Shown in pieces: positions 55,821 to 64,000 of a stretch of 64,000 nucleotides of DNA. The notes beneath the pieces are model-generated. The model was not told the DNA's origin. It ran no database searches and was given only the letters and a program-made list of their open reading frames with translations. Position 1 is the first letter of the stretch; the number at the start of each line of letters is the position of its first letter. Origin of the DNA: Anaerolineales bacterium (GTDB taxonomy: Bacteria; Chloroflexota; Anaerolineae; Anaerolineales; RBG-16-64-43); assembly GCA_016928575.1 (NCBI GenBank), contig JAFGKK010000015.1, forward strand, positions 108,498-172,497, given 5' to 3'. The translations under genes and the position numbers were made by a program.

Positions 55821-57197
55821 ATGGAAACAACCAAATTCCTGTTGGGGGAAAAAGACGTCCCGAAAGCTTGGTATAACATCCAAGCCGATCTGCCCTTTAA
55901 AATCCCGCCCCCGCTTCACCCCGTCACACTGGAACCGATCACGCCGGATTTCCTCTCGGTGCTTTTCCCGATGAGTCTGATCATGCAGGAGGTCAGCCCC
56001 GAGCGGTACATCGAAATTCCGGAACCCGTCCGCTACATTTATGAACTCTGGCGACCGACGCCGTTGATCCGCGCTCGGAGGCTGGAGCTTGCGCTCGATA
56101 CGCCGGCGCACATCTACTTCAAATACGAAGGCGCCAGCCCGGTGGGATCGCACAAGCCGAACACCGCCGTGGCGCAGGCGTTCTTCAACAAGGAAGCCGG
56201 GACCAAGGCGCTCACGACCGAAACCGGCGCCGGCCAGTGGGGTTCGGCGCTGGCGATGGCCTGCCACTTCTTCGACATCGATTTGGAAGTGTACATGGTC
56301 AAGGTCTCCTACCAGCAAAAACCTTACCGCCGGGTATTAATGGAGAACTTCGGAGCCAGAGTTTTTGCCAGCCCGACGGACCTCACCGATTTCGGCCGCG
56401 CGTTGCTGGCCAAGGATCCGCAGAGCGGGGGATCGCTGGGCGTCGCCATTTCCGAGGCGGTGGAAGTGGCCGCCAAATCCAACGGGGCGAAGAAGTATTC
56501 CCTCGGCTCCGTGCTCAACCACGTTCTGATGCACCAGACCGTGGTCGGCGAAGAAGCCCTGAAACAGATGGAACTGGCCGGCGAGTATCCGGATGTGGTG
56601 ATCGGATGCGTCGGCGGCGGGAGTAACTTTGCCGGGTTCTCCTTCCCCTTCCTGCGCGAGAACCTCACCAAGGGTAAAAAGACGCGCGTGATCGCCGTGG
56701 AGCCGCTGGCCTGCCCGACGATGACCAAAGGGCTGTACGCCTACGATTACGGCGATACCGCCAAAATGGCGCCGGTGGTGAAGATGGAAACGCTCGGCCA
56801 CGGATTCATTCCGCCCGCGATTCACGCGGGAGGCCTGCGCTACCACGGCATGGCGCCGCTGGTTTCCGGCCTGCACGCCAACAAATACATCGAAGCCGTG
56901 GCGGTCAAGCAGGTTCCCGTCTTTGAAGCGGCCAAACTGTTCCTGGAAACGGAGGGCATGCTCCCGGCTCCGGAAACCGCGCACGCCATCCGCGTGACCA
57001 TCGACGAAGCCCTGGAAGCCAAGCAGAAAGGCCAGAAGAAGGTTATTGCATTCAACTTCTCCGGCCATGGTTTCCTCGACCTCGGCGCCTATGACGTCTT
57101 CAATCACGGCGGATTGGAGGATTTTGAATACCCGGCCGAGGCGGTCGCCGAGGCGGAGAAAGACTTGCCGAAGGTTAATAATGGGGCAATAGCGTAA
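55821..57197 (+). CDS. trpB: TrpB2-type tryptophan synthase beta-like PLP enzyme
   Basis: ATG at 55821 (GGAGGAG RBS) gives [34 protein letters not shown], the TrpB2 N-terminal signature. [19 protein letters not shown] (PLP lysine), GGGSNFAG. 458 aa. Confidence 0.92.
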   Translation: METTKFLLGEKDVPKAWYNIQADLPFKIPPPLHPVTLEPITPDFLSVLFPMSLIMQEVSPERYIEIPEPVRYIYELWRPTPLIRARRLELALDTPAHIYFKYEGASPVGSHKPNTAVAQAFFNKEAGTKALTTETGAGQWGSALAMACHFFDIDLEVYMVKVSYQQKPYRRVLMENFGARVFASPTDLTDFGRALLAKDPQSGGSLGVAISEAVEVAAKSNGAKKYSLGSVLNHVLMHQTVVGEEALKQMELAGEYPDVVIGCVGGGSNFAGFSFPFLRENLTKGKKTRVIAVEPLACPTMTKGLYAYDYGDTAKMAPVVKMETLGHGFIPPAIHAGGLRYHGMAPLVSGLHANKYIEAVAVKQVPVFEAAKLFLETEGMLPAPETAHAIRVTIDEALEAKQKGQKKVIAFNFSGHGFLDLGAYDVFNHGGLEDFEYPAEAVAEAEKDLPKVNNGAIA

Positions 57198-57224
57198 GCC
57201 GAATCCCGAGGGAGGGAATTTCGG

Positions 57225-57262
57225 AAAGCAAACGCGCCGCCTACGGGCGGCGCGTTTGCTTT
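57225..57262. terminator. Bidirectional rho-independent terminator between convergent trpB2 and the CNNM-family gene
   Basis: Perfect 17-bp stem AAAGCAAACGCGCCGCC-tacg-GGCGGCGCGTTTGCTTT. The A/T-rich stem ends supply a U-run in both directions. Confidence 0.85.
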
Positions 57263-57382
57263 CTCCACGGCCGCTTGCCGAAAAGCCGCAGGGAGAGGAT
57301 GATCCTCTTTCCGGCTTCCAAGCATCCTCGGCCCGCTCCTTGGCGACGCTTGGGGCCGGGGTGTCCACGACGGGATAAGCGG

Positions 57383-58708
57383 TTAAGCGACTCGGGGTTC
57401 TTTCGAATCCGGCGGAAGCGGTGTGACCAGCACCTTATCCACCCGCCGGCCGTCCATGTCCAGGACTTCAAATCGGTATCCCCCCCAATCGAACCTGTCC
57501 CCCGCCCGTGGAACTTCGCCCAGTCGGGCCATCATGAATCCGCCGAGGGTTTGGAAGGTCACCTCCTCTTCGTCCAGGAGCCGTTCCAATTCCAGATGAT
57601 CTTCCATCTCCCCGATGCTGAGCGCTCCGCCCAGAAGCCAGGAACCATCCTCGCGGTGGAGGACTTCCGGTTCGACCGCCTCGCCCTTGAGGGGAAGATC
57701 TCCGACGATCGCTTCCAGAATGTCGGTGCTGGAAATCACCCCGGCAACGCCGCCGAATTCGTCGGTGACGACCGCAAACCGTTCCCGGTTTTCCTTGAAT
57801 TCCTCAAGGGCTTGCAGCGCCTCCGCATTTTCCGGAATGAACAGGGGCGGACGCAGCAGCTTTCGGATGTCCTGCGGATCGCAGGAAAAATTCCGCACCA
57901 GAAGGTCTTTTACGCGCAGAATCCCGAGTACGCCGTCCAGGTCGCCCTGCGCCACGGGGAATCGCGAGCGGTGGCTGTTAAGGATCTGGTCGTGAATCAC
58001 TCCGGGGGATTCGTCCAAGTCGATCCAATCCACGTCGGGACGCGGCGTCATAAGGGATCCCACGCGCTGTCCGCCCAGGCGGAACACGCCCTCGACCATC
58101 TCCTGCTCGGCTTCCTCGAATACACCCGCTTGCGTTCCCTGTTCGATCAGCACGCGGATTTCGTCCTCGGTGACGGGCGGCTCCTTGCTGGGGCGGATGC
58201 CCAGCATGCGGACGATGAAATTGGACGAGCCGGCCAGGACGCGCACCAGGGGCGAGGCGACGCGGGATATCTTCCGCATCGGCTCGGCCACCGCCATGGC
58301 CAGGCGCTCGGACGAATGCAGCGCGAGCTGTTTGGGGACCAACTCGCCCAGCACTAGGGTCAGAAAAGTGATCGCCAAAACCACCAGCGTGACGGAGATC
58401 GCCTCGGCGTATGGGGAGAGCAGGGGCAGACCGGCCATCCAGGCGGCGACTTGGCGGGCGATCGTGGCGCCGCCGATCGCCCCCGCCAGGGTTCCGACAA
58501 GAGTGATGCCGATCTGAATCGTCGCCAAAAACCGGTCGGGATGCTTGGCAAGTTCCAAAGCGGTGCGCGCGTTTTCGTTCCCGTTCTCGGCCAAGGGCTG
58601 CAATCTGGATTTTCGCGCGGAGACAACGGCAAATTCCGACATGGAGAACAGGCCATTGAGCAGAATCAGCAGCAGGAGAATAATAATTTCTAAGGTGATA
58701 TCTTCCAT
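57383..58708 (-). CDS. CNNM/hemolysin-family protein (DUF21, CBS pair, CorC_HlyC)
   Basis: MEDITLEIIILLLLILLNGLFSMSEFAVVSARKSRLQ (DUF21), a CBS region, and a C-terminal transporter-associated domain ...GDRFDWGGYRFEVLDMDGRRVDKVLV. Confidence 0.9.
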   Translation of the reverse strand: MEDITLEIIILLLLILLNGLFSMSEFAVVSARKSRLQPLAENGNENARTALELAKHPDRFLATIQIGITLVGTLAGAIGGATIARQVAAWMAGLPLLSPYAEAISVTLVVLAITFLTLVLGELVPKQLALHSSERLAMAVAEPMRKISRVASPLVRVLAGSSNFIVRMLGIRPSKEPPVTEDEIRVLIEQGTQAGVFEEAEQEMVEGVFRLGGQRVGSLMTPRPDVDWIDLDESPGVIHDQILNSHRSRFPVAQGDLDGVLGILRVKDLLVRNFSCDPQDIRKLLRPPLFIPENAEALQALEEFKENRERFAVVTDEFGGVAGVISSTDILEAIVGDLPLKGEAVEPEVLHREDGSWLLGGALSIGEMEDHLELERLLDEEEVTFQTLGGFMMARLGEVPRAGDRFDWGGYRFEVLDMDGRRVDKVLVTPLPPDSKEPRVA

Positions 58709-58759
58709 TTTCCAAATTGTAGCATAGGCGGTGCTCCGTCCCGGCTACGCGGGATCGGG

Positions 58760-61318
58760 CTACAACGAGGCGGCCGGCACGGTGAAATGGAACGTCGATC
58801 CTTTGTGCAATTCGCTTTCAAACCAGATCTTTCCGCCGTGCATTTCCACCAAATTGCGGGTGATGTGCAATCCCAAGCCGGTGCCCGGCAGGTCGCGGAC
58901 GACCCTTTCTTCCGATCGGAAGAATTTTTGGAAGATACTTTTTTGCTCCTGAAGCGAAATCCCCAGCCCGCTGTCCTGGATCAGGAAATGGACGACCTCG
59001 GGAGGGCCGGACGGATCCCATCGATTGGAGGTGCGTTCAGCGGCAATCCGCAAGACTCCGCCGCGCGGTGTGTATTTGTAGGCGTTGCTGACCAGGTTGG
59101 TGAGGATTTGGATCAATCGGCCGCGGTCGACCCAGGCCGGCGGCAGGTCGGCGGGAATCTCCAGGGTGAGTTTCTGCTCCTTGCCTTCCATTTGGGAGCG
59201 CAATGCCTCGACCACCTCGTCGACGGCCGGCGATAGGGCGACGGCGCTGAATTCCAATTTCAGCCTGCCGGATTCTATCCGCGAGACGTCGTTCAAATCG
59301 GAAACCAGCGCGGCCATCCGGTCCACGTTGAGGCGGATTGTGGCGAGGAAATTCGCCTGCGGTTGGCTGACCGGGCCGACCGCGCCCTGGGCCACCAAAT
59401 CGGTGTATCCGCGGATCGAAGTCATCGGCGTTTTCAATTCGTGGGCGACAAAGGAGATGAATTCGCTCTTGGCCTGGTTGGCGTTGCGCACCTCGGCATA
59501 GAGTTGGGCGTTGGAGATGGCGATGGCCGCATGCGAGGCCAGCCGTTCCAGGAACTCGGCTTGCGCCGGCGGAAAGGCGGCTTCGGATTCGGATTCCAGC
59601 AGCAAGACGCCGAGAATCCGCACGCCGCGCCGGATCGGCAGGAACAGTGAGACTCGGCCGCAGGGCAACAGGCCGCGCCCCTGGGTTCCCTGCGATTGCA
59701 TACGAAAAGACTGACCGGTGCGGACGGCTTCTTCAAACCCTTCCGAATCGCGGGGCAGTCGAATTCCTTTCGCCAGGCCGGTCTCCGGCGGATAGCCGAA
59801 TGCGGCCGAAACCTCAAAGGCGTCCTCGGTGCAAATCGCCGCCAAGCCGCAGGCCGCCTCCGCATACCGGATCCCCCAGTCCAAGACAACGGCCATCGCT
59901 TCGGAAGGATCCGACGCGCTGTTCAGCGCCTGATCAAGGCGTTGCAGGGAAGTCAGCTCTTCCGACAGCGCACTCTCGGCGGATCCCGGCGGCGCCTGCG
60001 GACGGTCTTTTTCCAGCGCCGCAACGCAGATCGCCGCAAACGCGTTCAACAGCATCGCATCGTGCTCCCGGGGAGGGGCGGCCCGCAAGGGATTCCAAAA
60101 AACCACCCGCCCGCATGTTTTTTCCCGATATCGCAAGGCCAAGGAGACGGCGGAGTGAAATTCCGCGCCGCCGCCGTCGGCCGCGGAACAAAACGGGTCG
60201 TCGGCCGGTAGGCGGTCGAGGAAGGCCGGCCGGTCGCCGGCGATGGGCCGAACAAAGGGGTGGTCCATTCCGACCGCCGGGAGGTCGGCCCGCCAACCTG
60301 CTTCACCGGTTCGGCCGGCCGCTTTCCAGGATTCGGAGGATTCGGGAAGCAGCAGAATAGCAGAGTGGCAAGGCAGAAGATCGCGGGCCGCGGAGAGAAT
60401 TGTCTCAGGCAGATCCTTTCTCCCCGCGGCGCCGAGGATCAGACGCGACGCCCGGACCAAACCAGAGACCAGCGCCGTCCGGCGGTTCGATTCCCGGACC
60501 AAACGGGCTTTGGCGGCTGCCGGACCGACGGCCGCGGCGATCGATTCCAGCAGCGATTGTTCCCCTTCCGTAAAGGGAGTGTCGCGGAGGAGGAGCATCG
60601 CCCCGATGACCGACGGACCGGACGACAGAGGGTAACCGGCCCAGGCGGATGCGGATTCGCGGGCGGGTAGGTTTCGGATCCGGCAGGTTTCGGCATACTC
60701 GCCGGTGACCAGCGGAACCCCGCTGCGCACGACCGTTCCGCATAAATCCTCATCCGCGGTGAACAGCCTGTTCTCCCGCTCGCCGCGACGGACCTCGTGG
60801 TCAAGTGAAAACGCATATGCCAAGAAGGACGGATCTTCATCCGCCAGCGCGATTCGAAAGGAAACGGCCGGGACGCAGTGCAGGATCTGGGATGCGGTTA
60901 ATTCCAAGAGTATGTCCAGATCGGAGGCCGAGTGCAGCATCTGCATGAAGCGCAGGAGCGCCTCCCGTCTCTCTGTCGGCCCCGCGCTTTCCCAATCCGC
61001 TTCCCTCGCGGATGAAGCGTCGGATGGGAGGGAGAATGGAGAATAGGTTTTCGCGAACTCGAGCGAGTCCCCGCGGAAATCGTTCTCCCGCGGAAAACCA
61101 ACCCGTTTCATCATCCGGTGCTTAATCGGCAGGAGGAAAAGGGCGGTCAGGAGCAGACTTCCGGCGGCAAGTGCCGGGGAGGCCGCCGGGACGGCGGCCG
61201 AGACGAGCAGGGCGGCGCCGACCGACAACAGGATGTGTCCGACGTCGAAGAAAATGGAAAGCCAAGAGAGAGTCGGCCGACGGAAAGGATCGAGGGGGCA
61301 ATCTTCCGCGGGAATCAT
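58760..61318 (-). CDS. Membrane-anchored multi-GAF sensor histidine kinase (orphan; no adjacent response regulator)
   Basis: ATG at 61318 (TACAAT 9 nt upstream). Two N-terminal TM helices and GAF-like repeats. H-box FISFVAHELKTPMTSIRGY. HATPase N/G boxes LVSNAYKYT and DSGLGIS...GTGLGLHITRNLVEMHGG. Confidence 0.88.
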   Translation of the reverse strand: MIPAEDCPLDPFRRPTLSWLSIFFDVGHILLSVGAALLVSAAVPAASPALAAGSLLLTALFLLPIKHRMMKRVGFPRENDFRGDSLEFAKTYSPFSLPSDASSAREADWESAGPTERREALLRFMQMLHSASDLDILLELTASQILHCVPAVSFRIALADEDPSFLAYAFSLDHEVRRGERENRLFTADEDLCGTVVRSGVPLVTGEYAETCRIRNLPARESASAWAGYPLSSGPSVIGAMLLLRDTPFTEGEQSLLESIAAAVGPAAAKARLVRESNRRTALVSGLVRASRLILGAAGRKDLPETILSAARDLLPCHSAILLLPESSESWKAAGRTGEAGWRADLPAVGMDHPFVRPIAGDRPAFLDRLPADDPFCSAADGGGAEFHSAVSLALRYREKTCGRVVFWNPLRAAPPREHDAMLLNAFAAICVAALEKDRPQAPPGSAESALSEELTSLQRLDQALNSASDPSEAMAVVLDWGIRYAEAACGLAAICTEDAFEVSAAFGYPPETGLAKGIRLPRDSEGFEEAVRTGQSFRMQSQGTQGRGLLPCGRVSLFLPIRRGVRILGVLLLESESEAAFPPAQAEFLERLASHAAIAISNAQLYAEVRNANQAKSEFISFVAHELKTPMTSIRGYTDLVAQGAVGPVSQPQANFLATIRLNVDRMAALVSDLNDVSRIESGRLKLEFSAVALSPAVDEVVEALRSQMEGKEQKLTLEIPADLPPAWVDRGRLIQILTNLVSNAYKYTPRGGVLRIAAERTSNRWDPSGPPEVVHFLIQDSGLGISLQEQKSIFQKFFRSEERVVRDLPGTGLGLHITRNLVEMHGGKIWFESELHKGSTFHFTVPAASL

Positions 61319-61610
61319 CTTTGGTCTATTGTACCTTGCCGGCCAGGCCGGCGCCCTCCGGGCAGGATTCCCCGTCCGCCGCAGATTGCGATCCGCGGAA
61401 CTGCGAAAGATTGCCGTCGAAGGATGCCGCGGTTGGGAGGGCCAAAGCGTGGATCGGGAGGGAAAAGGAATTCGTTCCAACCAGCGGTGCGCGGGAATCC
61501 GATCGGTTCAATCTGCCTGAGGGTAAAAAACTGTATGTACCTGCTCAGACTGTTATTTCCGTGTAAAAATCTCAAAAAAGAACTACCGGCGTTTGATTTT
61601 TTTTAACCTC

Positions 61611-61735
61611 CCGGCGCCCGCCCTCGCGAAGCGGGGAAAGCGGGGTTCGAAGCCGGGATCCAGTAATTTGTGATAATCCAATGGATGCGGGCTAAAATCA
61701 CCCCCGGCGAAGAACACGCCGAGGGCGGGCGTCGG
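61611..61735. other. 16-bp GC-rich inverted repeat enclosing 93 nt (candidate structured RNA or protein-binding element)
   Basis: CCGGCGCCCGCCCTCG (61611-61626) pairs with CGAGGGCGGGCGTCGG (61720-61735): 15 Watson-Crick pairs plus 1 G-U. It lies in a ~750-bp divergent intergenic region. Confidence 0.4.
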
Positions 61736-62006
61736 CAAGACGATCACTGGCTTATCAGTTACAACTGTTTCGGCTCGGGGTGGAAACCCCGGGCTTGTAT
61801 ACCCTGCCCGGACTCGCCGGAAAATCCAATCAGAAACCGCCGAACTTTTATAATAGTGGCCCACAGGCTTCACGGGCGGTGGGCTTTCCCGGCTTTTTCG
61901 GAGATCTCTGTCCATATTTTGCGCCTTTTCCAGCCGGATTTGTTCCAAGGGTGGAGTCCGGTGCGGTTATTCAATAAACCATTCTCTCAGCCCGAATAAT
62001 CGCCTT

Positions 62007-62015
62007 TGATACAAT
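62007..62015 (+). promoter_or_regulatory. Extended -10 element (TGATACAAT) upstream of maf
   Basis: TGnTACAAT lies 52 nt before the maf ATG. GGAGG RBS at 62059-62063. Confidence 0.4.
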
Positions 62016-62066
62016 ACGGTCGAACAATGGAATTTCCGCCTGAGAAATGCTCGACGATGGAGGATA

Positions 62067-62729
62067 ATGAACCTGGTTCTCGCATCCGAATCCCCTCGAC
62101 GGCGGGAGCTTCTGCGGCAATCCGGCATCGGTTGCATCGCGCTGCCGGTCTCCATCGACGAGGAAATCCGACCGGGCGAGGATCCGCAGGAGGCGGCGGT
62201 TCGGTTGGCTTGCAAGAAAGCCCGCGCGGCATCCCTTGTGCTTTCCGGGCTCGAGGAATGGATCCTGGCGGCGGATACTGTTGTGGCCGACGGGAAAACC
62301 GTACTGGGGAAACCGTGCGACCGCCGGCAGGCGGAGGAATACCTGCTGCGGTTGCGCGGCCGGGCGCACCGGGTGATCACCGGCGTTTGCCTGTTGCGCC
62401 TTCCCTCCGGGGAGGAAGCCTCCGCGGCCGCGGTCACCGCGGTGCGCATGCGGAATTATTCCGACCCGGAGATCGCGGAGTATCTGTCCGGCGGAAACGC
62501 GCTGGACAAGGCCGGCGGGTACGCCATACAGGATTCCTCCTTCCGGCCGGTCGAATCCATCAACGGATGTTACACTAACGTCGTCGGCCTGCCGCTGTGC
62601 CTCGTGTATGGGCTGTTGGAAGAAGCAGGGAATCCCCCGGCCCGGCCGCTTCCGGAAGCCTGTCGAACGGGGAACGGATGCGGTTTTGCGCCGGTCCGGA
62701 ATGAACGCCCAAGGAGAGTGACGGTTTGA
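62067..62729 (+). CDS. maf: Maf-like nucleoside triphosphate pyrophosphatase
   Basis: MNLVLASESPRRRELLRQSGI, DTVV, DKAGGYAIQD. 220 aa. Confidence 0.93.
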   Translation: MNLVLASESPRRRELLRQSGIGCIALPVSIDEEIRPGEDPQEAAVRLACKKARAASLVLSGLEEWILAADTVVADGKTVLGKPCDRRQAEEYLLRLRGRAHRVITGVCLLRLPSGEEASAAAVTAVRMRNYSDPEIAEYLSGGNALDKAGGYAIQDSSFRPVESINGCYTNVVGLPLCLVYGLLEEAGNPPARPLPEACRTGNGCGFAPVRNERPRRVTV

Positions 62730-64000
62730 AAAAGTGGGTCTTTCCTGCGCTCTTGGTGGTTGCGGTTGTCCTGGCCGTGATCCTCATCCGCTCCTTGTTT
62801 TCGAGGAACGGCGGCGGCCCCGTCGAGCCGCTCATCACCCAATCGCCGCTGGGATTGGCGGTCACGCAGGCGCCCTCGCCTGAATCCGCGGCGCGCGCCT
62901 ATCTCGACGGCTGGCAGACGCGGGATTATGGCAAGATGTATTCCCTGCTTTCCGCCCTCAGCCGGGACGCCATGTCGCCGGCTGAGTTCCAGGCGTTCTA
63001 CGAGGATGTCCATCTCAACGTCACGTTCCAGTCGCTGGATTACCGGATCCTTTCGGTGGAACTGACTCCCACCGACGCGACGGTGGGATTCGAAGTCACC
63101 CTGCACACGATCCTGGTGGGCGACATCACCCGCCAGACCCGGATGCTGTTGAAGAACCAGGACGGGGGCTGGAAAGTGGCTTGGGACGGAAAGACGGTCC
63201 TGCCGGAGCTGGAGAACGGCAACCGGCTGATTCTGCACCGCAGCTATCCCGCGCGCGGCAACATCTACGACCGAAACGGGCTGGCTCTGGCGGCCGAGGC
63301 CGAGGCGGTGGAAATCGGGATTGTCCCGGGGGAGATCGAAGACGAGGACCAGGTGGTCGCCTACGTGGCGCTGGCCCTGCACATGCCCCGCGAAATGGTC
63401 CGCCAGATGTTCGATTACAACCATCCGGATTGGTATTACCCGATCGGCGACGCCAACAAGGCGGATATCGAGCAATATTACGGAACCCTCCGCAACCTCG
63501 CCGGCATCCACCTGACGACCACGATGATGCGCTACTACTACGGCGGCGGGATCGCTTCGCATGTGGTCGGATACACCCAACAGCCCTCGGCGGAGGATAT
63601 GGCCTACTACCAGTCGATCGGATACGCCGGCGACGAACGGGTCGGGGTGAGCGGGTTGGAAGCCTGGGGCGAGCAATATCTGGCGGGAAGAGCCGGCGGG
63701 CAACTGTGGGTGACCTCGGCCGCCGGCGCCAACCTCGCCCTGATGGCGGAAGCCCAGCCCCAGGCGGCGATGGCGATCTACACCACGCTCGACCGCGAGC
63801 TGCAGCAGAAAATGGAACAGACCCTGATGGGCCCGTACACCGGCGCGGCGATCGTGATGAACCGCAACACCGGCGAGATCCTGGCGATGATGTCGAGTCC
63901 GGGGTACGACAGCAACCTGTTCGATCCCAGCAGCTTCAACGGCACGTACAACAACGGCGCGTTGGTCCAGGCGATCATCAACGACCAGCGCCATCCGCTG
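62726..64000 (+). CDS. Penicillin-binding protein (NTF2-like/MecA_N N-domain, PBP dimerisation domain, start of transpeptidase domain); 3' end beyond window
   Basis: Own translation from TTG 62726 (overlapping the maf TGA): (M)KKWVFPALLVVAVVLAVILI...AARAYLDGWQTRDYGKMYSLLS...RGNIYDRNGLALA...GVSGLEAWGEQYLAGRAGG...AIVMNRNTGEILAMMSSPGYD. Open to position 64000, so it is absent from the ORF track. Confidence 0.85.
   Translation, partial: MKKWVFPALLVVAVVLAVILIRSLFSRNGGGPVEPLITQSPLGLAVTQAPSPESAARAYLDGWQTRDYGKMYSLLSALSRDAMSPAEFQAFYEDVHLNVTFQSLDYRILSVELTPTDATVGFEVTLHTILVGDITRQTRMLLKNQDGGWKVAWDGKTVLPELENGNRLILHRSYPARGNIYDRNGLALAAEAEAVEIGIVPGEIEDEDQVVAYVALALHMPREMVRQMFDYNHPDWYYPIGDANKADIEQYYGTLRNLAGIHLTTTMMRYYYGGGIASHVVGYTQQPSAEDMAYYQSIGYAGDERVGVSGLEAWGEQYLAGRAGGQLWVTSAAGANLALMAEAQPQAAMAIYTTLDRELQQKMEQTLMGPYTGAAIVMNRNTGEILAMMSSPGYDSNLFDPSSFNGTYNNGALVQAIINDQRHPL

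Noticed and set aside
61641-61660. GGTTCGAAGCC T-loop-like string (also GGGTTCGAAC at 6013-6022), considered as a tRNA or tmRNA 3' end
   Set aside because: The flanking bases do not form a T-stem. No acceptor, D or anticodon arms and no CCA context could be drawn.
61583-61948. 121-aa minus-strand ORF in the HK/maf intergenic region
   Set aside because: It is not reported as a feature. It has a TTG start, no RBS and no recognisable family, its basic low-complexity ends look non-coding, and it spans a 16-bp palindrome. It is kept only as an alternative explanation inside the corresponding finding.
62570-63994. 474-aa minus-strand ORF
   Set aside because: It is antisense to the PBP gene, which is open to the window edge and therefore missing from the ORF track. 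The PBP frame carries NTF2-like, dimerisation and transpeptidase motifs, while the antisense frame is R/H/G/D-rich.
1-64000. Search for mobile elements, prophage, defence islands, toxin-antitoxin pairs, rRNA/tRNA genes and CRISPR-cas
   Set aside because: No transposase, integrase, recombinase, Cas, restriction-modification or phage structural signatures were recognised in any frame. No terminal inverted repeats or att-like direct repeats were noticed. The window appears to be core chromosome, apart from the 52.9-55.3 kb module.

Overview
High-GC bacterial chromosomal window. Hand-counted coding lines are about 60-70% GC. It is densely packed with housekeeping genes, many using GTG/TTG starts and 1-4 nt start/stop overlaps. 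The T-box leader, WXG100-like protein, MGDG-synthase-like GT28 and compact operons suggest a Chloroflexota/Anaerolineae-like organism. That assignment is inference only. The window contains the replication-initiation neighbourhood. dnaA (20163-21527, minus) has an AT-rich DnaA-box cluster just downstream of it (19549-20110, two perfect TTATCCACA boxes). dnaN sits about 12 kb away on the plus strand (33747-34880). Confidently recognised genes are pdxS, pdxT, tmk, gmk, uvrA, gatC/gatA/gatB (split by three inserted genes), gdh, pcm, lpdA, surE, corA, maf and a TrpB2-type trpB behind a Trp T-box leader. Also recognised are a rhomboid protease, an M1 peptidase, a 4xPAS-GAF-GGDEF cyclase, a multi-GAF histidine kinase, NfeD, a CNNM/hemolysin-family protein and a partial PBP. 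I saw no rRNA, tRNA, CRISPR array, transposase, integrase or prophage genes. Six regions deserve a second look. (1) A divergent WXG100-like pair at 52940-54691, in which the large partner carries a papain-like Cys/His C-domain, lies next to a GerE/LuxR HTH and a ~40% GC island. (2) An orphan NuoL/K/N-like antiporter-module cluster lies behind a SWIM protein (15487-19548). (3) A consensus promoter, hairpin with tiny ORF, and terminator form a unit at 15345-15478. (4) A GNAT-like ORF is wedged between pdxS and pdxT. (5) Tandem ~387-aa GNAT-like paralogs are separated by a structured spacer. (6) A ~750-bp divergent intergenic region (61319-62066) holds a 16-bp GC-rich inverted repeat. All functional calls come from reading the translations by eye; no database search was run.
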